A model generated the notes under the pieces. The model saw only the letters and a program-made list of their open reading frames with translations. It did not search any database and had not been told where the DNA came from. A stretch of 64,000 bases of DNA from Lepidodermella squamata (lineage: Eukaryota > Animalia > Gastrotricha), in the NCBI GenBank assembly GCA_047495785.1, contig JBLDXI010000040.1:322184-386183 (forward strand), written 5' to 3'. The position numbers were made by a program, and so were the translations under genes. Below, in pieces: positions 13,101-26,613 of the stretch. Position 1 is the stretch's first letter, and every line of letters begins with the position of its first letter.

Positions 13101-16100
13101 TCACCATCGGGTTTTTTCGGGTTTTACCCGGTAAATTATAAAAAAATTGATTATTGAAAAAACCGAAGATAAGCGGGAATTTAAAAGTTTCCTTTGGAAC
13201 TAAAATGAGAATTTTGCGCTAAATTTTCGCTTGAATAATTAAAATTGAAAAAATACGAGGGAAACCAGAGTTCCTATTAGAAACTGAATATTTGAGTATA
13301 TTCAAAAATTTCAAAGCTAAAAAAGTAAAATCTTAGATTATATTTTGACAGAAACCTATTACTCTATCTATTACACTATTACACACTATTACACTATTAC
13401 TACTATACACTATTACTCTTTCTGCTTATACCTATAGGTATAAGCAGAAAGAGTAATAGTGTCAACGGAAAACTGCTCTTCAATTTTAATATTTTACACG
13501 AAAAGCGGTGAGTAATAATAGCCGGCCACCTTAATAATTTCGTCATAAAAAAAAAACGTAACGCGAGCTGTTGGTGCGTGGACACGAGTAATTGACAAAG
13601 GCTATTATCTCGCGTCTAATTATCACCGGCTTCTGTGGCGCAATTGGTTAGCGCGTTCGGCTGTTAATGCCTACTCAAGCGGACACCGAAAGGTTGGTGG
13701 TTCGAGCCCACCCAGGAGCGAATATTTTTTTCAAATTTTGATTTGAATTTCAAATTTTTTACCCATTTTTTTTTAATTTGAAAAATCAATAAATATATCA
13801 ATAAATAAATAAATAACTTTTGACAAAATTACTGAAATTTTTGAAATATTAAAAAGTTCAACAAATTTCAAAATTTTCAAAATATTCAAGCATTTTTTCA
13901 ATTTTACTCACAGAATTTTTTTTTTATTTTATTTTTATTTTACAATATTGAGAAATTACTCACTTGTTGATTTTGTTTTTGAAGCATTTTCGTCAGGCCT
14001 AAGATGGCTTTATCGCGGACAGTGAGCTGTTTCGAGAATTTCGCCAGTTCAGAAGCCATCGCAGTCAGCATGGCGTCTTTGTTCTGGTCGAAAAGTTGAG
14101 CAACAACGAGAGCCGAGTTCGAGGTAGAGGCGGCGGCGGGCGATGAAGCCGACCGCGGAAGACCCATGTCGCAATCGTCGCAGCTCGACGTTGGCGCAAC
14201 GGCTGTTTTAGCCAATTCATCCGACAGAGATCTGAAAGAGACGAAAAGCTTGCATTTAAACCATGATTAGCCTCATTTTTCCGGCGCAGGTTCAATTTTT
14301 ACTAAAGCGCAGTTTTTTTTACAAAATTGTCTACAGACTAGAGTGAACGGTTCTAACTTCGGACACCAAACAGTCAAAGAATTCTCGGCTTTTGTGGGAA
14401 TGAAATGGGGGAAAGTGCCAAGTGGCAAACCTGTGGCCCGGCTATCTGGCTACCTGTAGCAATTTTCCAAATTTTTACATCTATTTACCTTGATTTCTTG
14501 TTAATTGTTTAGCCATTGTCGTGCTGTCCGAAGTTAGGGCCCCAGGTGCCCTAATTTCGGACACATCAAGGTAAATCCCATTCACCTTGAATTTGGAGTC
14601 ATTCGAAAGCCCTCTACTAGGCGATGAGGAATATCTGGTTTGCCGCTTTAAAAAAGATCACATAGCATCGATAAAAAATATTTAAATTTGAAAAAATTCA
14701 TGAACAATTTGGCGTATTTTGACTCGATTTCCTTGAGACAAAGGTATACAGTAACTAGATAACAATGGGAGTGGCAAGTGTGCACCTTAAATTTAGGGTT
14801 CCAGCACTAATTTTGAGACTCCAGCCCTAGAATTCCACTAAATATGGGTTTTCGGGTTTCAAGTCTTCTCTAGAATCTAAATTTTCCTCTTATCATGCCT
14901 AACCGATAGATCGTCATATTACGAGTATTTTGCGCTATAAGCGGTCCGTTTACGAGTTATACTCAAGCCTGCAGAGCTGATATCGATTCCAAGTATCGAT
15001 TTAAAAAATCAGTGATTTTACCGATATCACCCGTTGTGGAACCCAACATCGATAGTTTTCTACGCAGTTTAGGGCACCAGGTAGCTAAAATAACAAATCC
15101 TAGGATCAGGGAGGGCATCGGTATCGATAAAACTGAAAACGCCGAAATCGCAATAAGAATGTTTGTTCGAGCGGCCGAGTGAAAAATGACCAAACAAAGC
15201 TTTAGAATTATGAAATTATAAAATATGAATAATGAAATATGAACTATACGAAGTATAAAATAGGTAATATAGCGATTTTCAGATTCAAATGCTTCTTGAA
15301 GTCAAAACGCGCGCGAAATGCAAGTGATAAACACGCGGACCTCTGCTAGCCGCAAAGAACGAGGCTAACCGCGAAAAAGCGACAGGAAAATCGTGGCTTG
15401 AGAATCACTGAATTAAGTAATCCCCTTTGTACCTATCATTTTGCATCATTGGTATCTTGATTTCAGGTGAATTTTCAAAGTTAAAAGCAATAGCTAGAAT
15501 GAACATCAATAAAAATTAAAAATATAAATTTCAATTTTTCAGTTTTGATTCATCAACCATTGTTGCGTCACAAAATTGAGCGCGTAAACAGTTAAATTTT
15601 GGTTTTTTTAATCGCCGAAAACTTGGCAGCGCGAGAGCTCTAATTTCGGACGTCCGAAATTAGGCACACTACCCTGTCCGAATTTGAGGCACTGTCCGAA
15701 GTTAGAACCGTTCACTCTATATTTAGCGGAACAAAATTTAAATGCCGCCAAGCCAATTTCGCCTCAAACACAAGGTCGCTTTTCGAATATTTTTACTTTT
15801 TACGAATTTAAGGTAATGTATGAATTCTGAAGTGAAAAATGCGTCATGTACAGGATTTTACGCTGAATTTGAAGATGATTCAATAAAAGAGATCTCCGAA
15901 ATGCGGTTTTAGGATACAAAATTCCGAAATTCGGCTCCGCTAAAGTAAGACCCGATTTTCTACCCTGAACAATTTTTCTCTGATTGAAGGGGGGCTTAAA
16001 AAAGCTATTAATTTGGCAGAAATTCAAGAAAATTCATCGGACACGAAAAAAAGGAAAATTTGCGGAATTTCAAGACAGCACAAAAGGGGCCGCTATCCCT

Positions 16101-19100
16101 TTAGTAAATTTCAAACTCAGAATTTTTAAAATATTTTTCGGGATACGTTTCATTATTTCTCCATCTCAATAATCAGAAGTTCCTACAGCGAGTCCCATAA
16201 GTAACGCAATAAAAAAAATACACAGAAAAGGGTTCAGAAACTCTAAAATGAGAAAGTCACATCTCATGGCCAGCAAATTTTTAGAAAAATTCAAAAAATC
16301 ACGAAAATTATAATCAATAATGTCACTTGTTAATGGGATTAACAAAGTCCGGAGAAATTTAGTCCAACTGGGTAAAATACCGAAAATTACCGAACCAGTT
16401 AACATCGAGATTTTTCGGGATTTCTCCGGTAAATTTTTCATTTCTGCGATTAAATTGCGGATAAAAGATGGAATAGGTATACTCTCGGTAGGTTTAATTT
16501 GATAAAATTAGTTGAATTTCCTGCAAAAAACTCCCAAAGTAAAAAATAATTGCGCTACTACTGGGACACGCTGTACTAAATAGCGTCCTGAATCCACCAA
16601 ATGAAAATCGAATTTATTGAAAATTTACTATAAAAAATGGAAATAAAAACATAAATTGTTCCAAAGATTTTTCAGGAATTTCGTCAACTTGCAGTCGATA
16701 GATAGCACCGGCATCTCTACAAAAAATCGACTAACCCGCAGCAATTTCTGCAGATATAATACGTAAGGCCTATATTAAACCGGGCCTTATACTAAAAAGA
16801 ATCTGAATTTTTCTAATTAATCTCAAAATTACCAGAAAAGTAAAATCGAATTTTAGGGCGGATCAATTATTCAAAGTTTGGTCCAATTTTGATTCCACCA
16901 ATTTTGTTGGATTTCGCCGAATTGAATTTATTTCACCCCAAATTTGCCGTCTAAAACACCAACCTGACTTTCTGCTCGAGACTGTTGATTTCTTCCAATT
17001 TCGACGATTCGAGCTCATCATACCGCCGCTTCAAGTCCTCAATCTCCCAAACGGCCGTCTGGCGTTGCGATTTCAACAGCGCATCCTTCGCCTCGACATC
17101 GCGCCGCAACTCGGCAATTTCCTCGCCTCGCTCGCCCAACTGCGCCCGCATCTGCTCGATCTGCTTCGTCATCGCCGCCTCGCGCTCCAACGACGTAGCC
17201 GCTCGCTTTTGCGCATCCGCCGTCGCCTTCTGCCGCAACTGCCGCTCCATGTCCAGCTCTTTATTCAACACAGCCATCTGTTCTTCGAGACTTGATATCT
17301 GCGCCGTCGTTGATTTCCCGCTGAATTCAAGATCCGCTTTCAATTTCGCCATTTTCTGAATAAAAACCAAAGTTGACATCATTTTTCAAGCGGTGAATAA
17401 AGTAAATAGAAAAAATATGCACTAAGAGGGCTGGTTAGGGGCCGGTCAATAATTTGATCGGTTTTTCAATGCGACATATTGATAATGTTGATCTCATGAA
17501 TATTGAAGCGAAATTCTGGTCGCAATTAACACTTGACCGCTATTGTGTTACTTTTTAAGCGAAAATAAACGAGAATATCCGACCTATACATCGATTATCA
17601 ACTAAAGAATAAGAAAGATCAGAATAATTGTTCGAGAATTTAATTCAAAATCAGCGAAATTCAGGGCTAAATTTTCAAATTAAGCTGATTTTCATCGGCC
17701 ATGAATTTTAAAACAGTGGGTGGTATTCTCGAAGCAGTTTACATTAAAACCAAGTTTTATAAGACCAAACCAAAAACATTTTCGGTCTGAACAAGACCAA
17801 GAGCGTATTCTCGCGTATATAAAACGAGTTCAGTTTCTGATCGGGGATAAACTGTAGACTTTATTAGACTAATTAGGTTGCGTAACAATCACGTTAAAAT
17901 TACGAAAAAGTTGAAAATTAACTTTGAAATTAGAATATGTTGGAAAATGTGGAATTGTTGGAATAGGGAACCGGGTGCCCTAATTTCGGCCACCTCATCC
18001 AGTTATACTAATACCTTAAGTTTGATACCGTTAAATTCGCCTCGGTAATTCGCCTAACGTGGAAATGGCCTTTGTTGCTTTACCTGAGAGCTTATCCTTG
18101 ACGACATGATGCCTGAAATTCGGGTGTTTATGGTACAAAGCACTCGAGAAGCGACATGGCCCCCTCGCCTGAATTTAGAAATTTTTTTTGCTGCACAGCA
18201 CTTAGTGTCCGAATTTCGGCCAGTGGCCGAAGTTAAGCCGCAGCGACCGAATTTAGGGATTCCTGCTCTTCGAAAAATGGGCGGTACAGCCTGGTTAACT
18301 ATGATGCTGGGGAACATGTTCTCCTACTATCGGCTAACCCGAGCCCTTTGCCAAAAATCGAAAAGTTGGCAGGTCAATATTAAATGAATTTCCGGCTGTC
18401 TGTAGTTCAATAATGCGATCATTTCGAAGTTGATTAAAAATTCTCGGCGATTTTTTCATGAAAGCCATGATTTTCCAAATTATTACCCTTTATCTAACCA
18501 CCTGGCCGGGATAATGACTGCCATACTAAATTGATGTATACCCGGAGATTCCTCTAAATCAAAACACCGTCCAAAACAGATAAAATCAATACCGATTTCT
18601 TGGAGGTAGCAGCGACCTTGACGAAATTGGGTAGCTTGTCTGACACGTGATTTAAATAAGGATTTATCATGGCCGCATTTCTTTGACTCGAATATATGAA
18701 CCATCTGGCAGAAACTAACATGATGATTTATTGCTTCATTCCATTTAAATTGCCACAATTTTTTCGCGCATTTTACACGTGAAATCGGCCGGGTTACCTT
18801 AGATTTTCAGGTAATCACAGCTCATTTGCTTACTAGATGTTATCTCGAGTCGAATGACTTGGGCTGTGAAATCGGCATTTTTTTACGATCCCAGAATTTA
18901 GATATAGTAATGCCACATTAATCTCAGCCTGAAATTGATCACTTATCTACCGTTTTAAATTTAACATTTCGAAATGTGAATGCAGAATGCAGGTTGTAGC
19001 GCAAGTACTAAATGAATTATTTTCAGAAAAATAAGGTAACATTTCTTGATAGCGAAAATTATTGATAGGTAAAATTAGCGAGATGGTGAATTTATTAGCC

Positions 19101-22100
19101 AATGAAAACGAAAGGTACTCAATATGAATCCGCAAAATTCACTAATCGTTTCATATGAGAAATATTCAGATATATTCAAATATTCAAATCGGCTCCTTTT
19201 GATGAATAATTGGTCAACTATTTTCTATTTTTACAGCCATAGGCAGGAAATCCCCTCAAAAAAATCCTGCTGAAAATATTTATGTACATTCCCATGTAAT
19301 AACGCGGGTGAACAAAATATTGGATTATGCAAATTAATCAGCCACCTTAAATTACGCTCATCGGAAGAGGTGGTTTCAGAGTTTTTCATGAAGTTTGTTT
19401 TTCGCTAATGCGTAAAGTTTCATCGCCATGTAGCCGATATTAGATCCTGTCCTCAGTCTTAGCCTTAGTCTTGTATCAGTATAGAGTACTCGTTACTTCA
19501 TCTATGCAAACTGTTGAACTGGTCCGTATTCACGCGGGGCTATTCTTGGTTTCTAAATATCACTTTTAGAACTCGGGTTTCAGTTTTCTCGTTCATGAGA
19601 AGCTGAAACCAGATTTTTCTAGAAAATAAACTCCAAATGTGTAGACCTGGTAGGGTGCAGGTCTACAGCTCATGGGTAAATTTGGACTGAACTGGCGGTT
19701 TTAACGGGGGGTTTGAAACAGTTCGGTTTTAAAATTTAAAACTTGGTTTTAAAGAAAGCCATCCATCGCCGGATTAACAGCTGTTTTAGCCGTTTGTCCC
19801 AACTTCTGTGTTTCATAACAATTGAATGTACCAAAAGAACAATCGACAAAAATTCGTGGACAATCCTAAAACCAAATGCTAATTTGATTTGGTCTACATG
19901 AAACCAGGTCTATACCCAGTTTGGTCTTAACATCGACAAAACCGCTTCGAGAATACCACCCAGTGATTTGATACAAATATGATACAAGGATCAAAATATT
20001 TAAAAAAAATTAGGAAAAATTCTCGAAACTGGACAATCGATCTATTTAGAATTCTCAACTTCAGCAAAGCCAGATTAATTCAAAAATTAAAAAGAAATTA
20101 CTGGAAAATCCCTTAATTTATAGGAAAACTTTCAGTAAAATTTCAGGCAATTTCCCGTTTTTATGAAAATCTAGCAATACATATTTTGAAAAATTCCCTT
20201 TCCAAGATGAAATTCAAGTTTTAAAATGGTTCTATGTCAATTGAGCAAACGAAAATTGAGCAACGAAAATAGAGCAAGGGCTTTTTCGCAACGATATTAG
20301 AGCAAACGAAATTAGAGCAAAACGACTTCTGAGCAAACGAAATTAGAGCAAAACGAGATTAGAGCAAAACGACACGAGAGCAAATTTAATAATTAATTGC
20401 AGCTGTTGTTTATTTTAAATAAAATTTGCTCTCGTGTCGTTTTGCTCTAATCTCGTTTTGCTCAAAAGCCGTTTTGCTCTAATTTCGTTTGCTCAGAAGT
20501 CGTTTTGCACTATTTTCGTTTGCTCTAATATCGTTGCTCAAAAGCCCTTGCTCTATTTTCGTTTGCTCAATTGGCATAGAACCAAATTTAGGGCTAAATT
20601 TTCAAATTAAGCTGATTTTCATCGGCCATGAATTTTAAAACAGTGATTTGATAGAAATATGATACAAGGATCAAAATGTTGAAAAAATTCTCGTAACAGG
20701 ACAATCGATCTATTTTTGAATTCTCAAATTCAGCAAAACCAGATTCGCTCAAAAATTAATAAGAAATTACTGGAAGATCCCTTTATTCATAGGTAAAATT
20801 TCAGTTAAATTTCAGGCGATTTCCCGTTTCTATGAAAATAAAATCTATGCATATTTTGAAAAATTCTCTTTTCAAGATGAAATTTAAAATTTAGTTTAAA
20901 ATATAGCATGAAAATAAAAAATCGCCATATATCACAACACAAAATTTTGCAGTTTTACTCAATTTTTTCCCCAACAATTGTTTTTCTATTCTACATTTTC
21001 GGAACAAAATTCGATGATGCTCGTGGAAAAAATTAGGTTAATTGGGCTAAGTTTATAACCTCAACTAAATTCTCAATTAATTCTAGATTTTTTAAATATT
21101 ATTTTTCCAATTTTTTTGAATTTTTCAATCTGGCTCCCACAACTTGATGAATGATGACGAATGACGATAAAGTCTAAAATGAAAAATTTTCGAGTCAGTA
21201 AAAACTATTTTTCATCAAATTATAACCGATCAACCAAAATATCATAGGAATTTCTAGTAAAATAAAAAAAAAATCAAAGGAAAAAATGATTACATACCTC
21301 ACTCTCAAGATGCAAAGATTCGTTTAACCGGCGATTTTCGTCTGTTAAATTCACAATTTTTTCCATACTCACCTATAAATAAATAAAATTTAAACAAATT
21401 TAAGAAAAAATAGCGAAAAAACGTACTTTTTCCTTGGACCGAAGATCATGTATCACAGAATTAAGCTCACGTTTTTCATCCGTAAAAATCGAAAACATTT
21501 CATCACGAAGCCGCGCGCCCTCGTCGCACTTCTCACAGAAAACCTGAACCGGTGGCGTATTTTCATCCGTCAACGTCGTCGCATTCAACATCGCCGGCTT
21601 GTACGGCTGGTGCTGCTGCGTATACGCCAATTTCGACCGCGCCGCATTCAACTCAGCCACCAGTTGCGGATACGTCTCAAGCGCTTTTTGCAAATCGCAT
21701 TCCAACTGCGAAATTTTCTCCTTCAACGACTTATTCTCCGACTCGAGTAACATAGCCGTTTTCTTCAGTTCGATATCGCTAGGTGACACAATTTTCCCGT
21801 GAGATTGCTCGTAGTAGAGCTCGAGCCGAAGCCGCAAATCAACGATAGTCTTCTGCATTTCAGCCATTTCTCGCTCCATATCGCCTAGAGTTCGGTTATT
21901 CCCTCGATTTTGCGACGAAATAATTAAGGGAGATTTAGTCGCCGGCGGGCCAATTGGCGATTTTTCAACAATAATCGTCTTCAAACTCGAATCACCGCTG
22001 GATGAATCGATATTCGACATGCTAGAACTCGGCCGAATTTTAACTGGAGTTTGGTTTAAAATCGCCAAATTCCCGCTCGAATTTTGGCGTTTTAAACACC

Positions 22101-22467
22101 GAAAATTCATGACAAGATCGTCCTGAGCGTTGTTCGAAGAAATTCGGTCCGAATTCGACGCCGATGTCAGCCCGTCCGATGACGCGTTCGACGCCAGATC
22201 GTCGCTATTCGCCGCCGAGTGATTGCCAGAGTCTTGATAGATCATTTTTCGCGGGGTCGATTTTTTCGGCGTTGTAATCACGATTTCGTCCTCATTATCG
22301 CTCGTATTCAGGTTAATTTTCCTGTTCGAGAGTAGCCAAACAAGAAATTGTAGTAGAGATTTCAGTTTTAATACGAAAAAATTATGACTAGTATGGCGCT
22401 TCATCGACTTGACTTTCAACCGTTTAGCCGGCGGTTGCACGTCGATTTCTTCTAAAATTTTCGCCAT
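4164..22467 (-). CDS. cnn: Centrosomin / CDK5RAP2 / myomegalin-family coiled-coil protein
   Basis: Phase-compatible exons ~22467-21427 (possible short internal intron), 21372-21298, 17355-16964, 14231-13964, 12787-11981, 11919-11822, 10493-10195, 6804-6241, 5143-4164. N-terminal CM1-like RTLGDMEREMAEMQKTIVDLRLRLELYYEQ..SDIELK..LQKA; C-terminal CM2-like RNRAKEVAETSIYSKLSSHEEVLHQVRSNLQ; long coiled coils between. The true start may lie upstream (ATG near 23358). Confidence 0.75.
7198..7710. mobile_element. TA-target (Tc1/mariner-like) MITE
   Basis: TIR CCGTAAACTACAGTATA(G/A)AGGCCGC at both ends, flanked by TA; internal 60-bp tandem repeats at ~7530-7690. Confidence 0.85.
11341..11551. mobile_element. 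Palindromic MITE-like fold-back
   Basis: ATTTAGGCGCATTT..TGTATCACAACCACCGAATCTA is mirrored by TAGATTCGGTGGTTGTGATACA..AAATGCGCCTAAAT around a ~45-bp spacer. Confidence 0.7.
13365..13418. repeat. Degenerate (TATTACAC)n microsatellite
   Basis: Repeated ctattaca/ctattac units. Confidence 0.6.
13629..13720 (+). tRNA. trnN-GTT: tRNA-Asn(GTT) with an 18-nt intron (13667-13684)
   Basis: Acceptor stem GCTTCTG/CAGGAGC, D-arm GCGC..GCGC, anticodon stem TTCGG/CCGAA with CT-GTT-A, T-arm GGTGGTTCGAGCCCACC, discriminator G. It is 74 nt after intron removal; an oligo-T terminator lies at 13725-13732. Confidence 0.93.
14341..15717. mobile_element. Non-autonomous TA-target DNA transposon
   Basis: 25-bp perfect TIR GAGTGAACGGTTCTAACTTCGGACA, TA on both sides, subterminal TCCGAA(A/G)TTAG repeats, no transposase ORF. 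Confidence 0.88.
17718..19961. mobile_element. Non-autonomous DNA transposon, probably PIF/Harbinger-ISL2EU group
   Basis: TIR GGGTGGTATTCTCGAAGC; flanking duplication AGT (or CAGTG). The paralogous segment at ~20590-20670 shows the empty site (AAAACAGTGATTTGATA). Confidence 0.82.
20228..20583. mobile_element. Fold-back MITE with tandem GAGCAAACGAAA subterminal repeats
   Basis: GGTTCTATG(T/C)CAATTGAGCAAACGAAA termini; nearly the whole element is palindromic; AAAT on both flanks. Confidence 0.8.
20585..20890 (+). repeat. Local tandem duplication of intronic sequence (17660-17717 plus 19962-20225)
   Basis: AGGGCTAAATTTTCAAATTAAGCTGATTTTCATCGGCCATGAATTTTAAAACAGTG and the following ~250 bp recur with scattered substitutions. 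Confidence 0.85.
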
Positions 22468-25400
22468 TTTTTCGAATGAGCAGATTTGACAGGGTGGTGG
22501 GGAATATTTCATTGAAATCAGTCAAGGGTAAGAATTTAGCTTAATTAAGGTGGGGTTTTTAATGGTGAACGGTTGAATTTAGTAAAAATGGGCGTTTTTA
22601 AGGTGGAATTTTTAGAATGTTTTGAGCCGCTCGCCTACGCGCGATAAACAACAACAAAAATCTTGAAATAAACACAGCGCTTTTTAGCTGAATTAAGTTA
22701 GATAGGCAAAACAGCGCGGGCGCGGTTAAAATGGAGTCAGGTATGATGTATTGAGAGAAATACGACGCGCTCTGTAAGATATTATCTGTAAAGAAGAATG
22801 TTTATTCTTCGCGCGCGCGGCCGTCTCGTATTTGCGCAATAAAGGTAGGTAACTAACAAAACTTGGACAGCTGACAGAATCGATCCGCCTTAACAAAGTC
22901 ATCGCAATAATGGCCAGCGGGGTCAGCGCGCGAGGCATGCATGCACACACACAAGAGTCGAGTGGTGGTAGTGTGTAAGAAATGCTCATCCCTGAAATAA
23001 GACCCGTGACCTATGGCGATATTCGAAAATTACGCCACCACCTTAATGTTTCCGCCTTCAGCCTTCAGCCGCGTGTCACATGTCATAATGAATAAACACG
23101 ATGATTTTGGGTAGGGGCGAGCGACAAATTAATTGACAAACATGCCACCTTAAAAATAGAGAGTCTAGTTTTTCGCCTCGGTGCGAGCACCTGTGCGATA
23201 ATAGTAAACAAGCGCGATCAATAGTAGCAAATAACAACAAACATCATGTCGAGATCGTCCTCGCCGGTCGATACTATTGATACAACGGGGCCGCTGTTTT
23301 TTGGCGGCAGCGGCGGGTTTTTGCGCTCCAGGAAGCGAAATTGTTGCAGGAAGTTCATAGGTGTACTAGTGTGAAAAACTAACGATTAACACGTCCGCCT
23401 TAAGCCGGCCCGCGGACGCGGAAGTTAATCTACAAGCTATCGAATGGTCGTTTGAATGTAATATTGTGATAACAATACAACACATTTTCACACTGTTGTA
23501 AGTAACAATATGAATAACGCATAGATTTAAGGCGGCGCGGAATCCTTAACGAATCGTACATATCCGCCGCACCTGGCTCGCGACTATAATGTTTATGAAG
23601 CGGCGGCGGGCGGGCGGTGAGACACATGTGTGTTGTTGAATCAACACGCTCGCACGCGCACGCGACGCTGATATACAGTCACTTAATCGATTTCTTCAGG
23701 TATTAGCTTTCTTACTTACTTACTTACTCATCGAAACAATACTAACACAGGAAATAGTGTCGACAGCGCTGATTCGCGAGTTGAAAAATACTTTTTTTTC
23801 GGAGAAAACAACCCAAGGCTAAACGCGAAATCGGTTGCGTAAAACAAATACGGTGGTCAATTATGAACGATGACACAAGCTACGATATATGAATTAAGGA
23901 CGAGTAAATAAAGAGTAAACAAGGTGGTTAGAGTACGTCCGCTGGATGCAAATTAGACGAATAAACAGCCCCGCAGGTAAGTTTGGTGGTCAAATATCCT
24001 CGATCGATCAATCAAAACGCAATGATTCTCAATTCTATTCTATTAAGAATTCACCAATTGTAATTTAGAGCGCTTTAACAGGAACAGTGTGCACAAATTC
24101 AATCGAAATTAACAGAGCACCCTTGCCAGTTACGAAAATTGAAGTCTAAAATCAATCACTGAGTGCATTTGAATGCATAACTAAACTGATAAGAGATGAA
24201 ATACGCTTTCATGTCACTGTAACATGAGCAGATACGTTGGCTTATTCCCGTAACTGCGAATGAGAAGGGCACAGACAGCTAATTTAAGTATGTCTTTGCT
24301 AAGCATTTCAGAGTAGCTTCTACTAGAATTTTGTGCTTGGGTTCATGGGAGCAGAGAAACACGCTCAATGCCAACTGATGATCAAATACGCAGACTTTGA
24401 TCAGCTCCATATAACAAATAGCTCCTTCAACTTTACGATTAGAAGTAGCAGCAAAACAGTAAGGTGTCAACTCAGCAACACAGATGAAGCGCCTTAATGC
24501 TTGTATGTAAAATGCACCAGGTAAGCTCGGTGACCGAGCATCGGAGCTTCTATCTGATTTGCGCACTGCGGTTACGAGTTAAGAGTATTAACAAATGATC
24601 AATACACTTGCGCGTCAAAGGGTTAATTTTCAGTTATGAAGAAACAAATATGGCAAATTTGAGGGATGAGGAACAAGGAGGGAACAAGGTAAATATCAGT
24701 GTAGTGTACAGGTTACTTACGAAACAATAGCCTCGCCGTGCCTGTCATTGCCCAAATAATGTTCAGCGATAAACGAAGTAAGAGAGATGGGAGGAAACGG
24801 GAAGCTAAATTGGAGCCTCGGTACTAACCCCGAAACGATCGAAGTCGGTCAACACTAAAGAATCAGGTGAGCTGTGAGAGGTTGGTGCCGCGAAATTCCG
24901 AAGGCTTAGCTATTTCAGCTATTTTCAACCCCATTCACATTCAACGGCGAAGGAGGTAGAAGGATAAAGGGGAGCAGAAACACAACACACAGCCACTAAC
25001 CACTTGAGCAGTCGAATTCACACTCGAGACTCAAGAAGCGGGCTGCGGAGCGATTTCCGTTGGCCAAATTCAAACATAGCGCGCTAAATTCAAAATATGA
25101 TCTCAACCAAAAAAACAGCAACCTATCGTAATTATTCAAAATTGTGATCAATCCCACAATTTCAACATATTAAAAATATTTGTCGCATGCTTTTTTCAGG
25201 ACTTGATTTCTCAAGAATGATCAGGCGCACGAACTTTTTTCAACGGTAACAGCCGATAACCGATAACCGACAACCGTAATTGATTTGCAGTAAGGGAAAG
25301 GGTAACGTTAGGTATGACAAGTGGCCTAGAAAAAAATATAGACCATATAGCATGTTTGGCCAGAAGTTTTCGAGTCTTTTTGAGTTTGATTACTTTACAT

Positions 25401-26613
25401 CTGAACATGCTCAACTTCGGACTTGAGCTAGCAGGAAAAGCCGCCGGATCGTTTACTCTATACCCTCTTATAGTCAATTCTAAACAAAATGGGTGAGTTC
25501 ATAGTTATATGTGGGAAGAAACTTACGATCGGGAAAAGTCAATGGGAAAGTGTTCGAACCGTCACTTTTACTGATGCTGAAATCAGTTGGAACTTCATCA
25601 CCGGAAAATATCAGAGATGCTGACTGGTGGTCAAGCGCAGCTATCTGAAAAACTTATAAATACTCCCTTTATTAATAGCGCATACAGCTCTATGTAGCAG
25701 AATTTTCATGTAGAATTAGCTCTATCAGGACCGGACAGCGACGACCATCCAGCAAACAAACAAAATAAAATTCGAGGGCGTATCAACCATACTAACTGGA
25801 AAACTGACCGCCAGTCAAGTCATTTAGCTGATCACCGACTTCAGAAAATTCGACGCATTCATTGTCCGAATTTTATTTCATATTTCATCACCAACGGCAA
25901 TCATATCAAAACCGACGGCCTTGATTCTTTATCATTCACATAACACCGACGTGTCACTTACACCTTTAGGCAGTTCGATGTGTCATTCATTCAACGTTAG
26001 CTGTACTAGCATTTTATCAGGCCTGCTAGTGCCAGCCGTTTTTTTAGGGAATACAAATGTCAAAGAGTAGCGAGCAGAACATACCCGAGTCTGAGGTAGT
26101 AAAGCCTTTAGTAAACCTCGGTTAATTAATTTTTAATGCAACAAATCACTCGATTTGCGTGACGCGACGTGATTTTTTTCTAGCTGGAAACATATTACAT
26201 GTCTGAAGCATTTCCTGTGCCACTTGCGGACGCAAAAAATTGCATTATCGGAAAATTACTACAAGACCAGCACAACTTCGACGTGCCTATGCTGAGCCCT
26301 TGTTCCGTACATCACTCTTGAGAGTGATCTTCGTCTGTGGTGGATTTCTAGTGGACTCCTTTGTGTCCTGGTTCCTGGTTGGCTAGATGCAAGGAATTCT
26401 ATTCCCAGCAATTTTCTTAATTCACATTTAGATACTCTTATATTATTGCAATCGATTTTTTTAGTACCTAAATCATGACAGGAAGTCGAAAGAAGTTTTC
26501 ATTACAACCGGATATCGAGTTTCTGATACGGAATTGCTATACTCAGACTGCTATCTTTATTAATTTACTAGCAGACAGTGTACATTTCTTTCATTTTTTC
26601 AATAGCGGGCTAA

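Noticed and set aside
22700-26600. Short ORFs and a lone piggyBac-like end (GGGTTAA near 24620)
   Set aside because: No partner terminus or coding support; probably regulatory or 5' UTR sequence. A possible upstream cnn exon near 23358 could not be confirmed.
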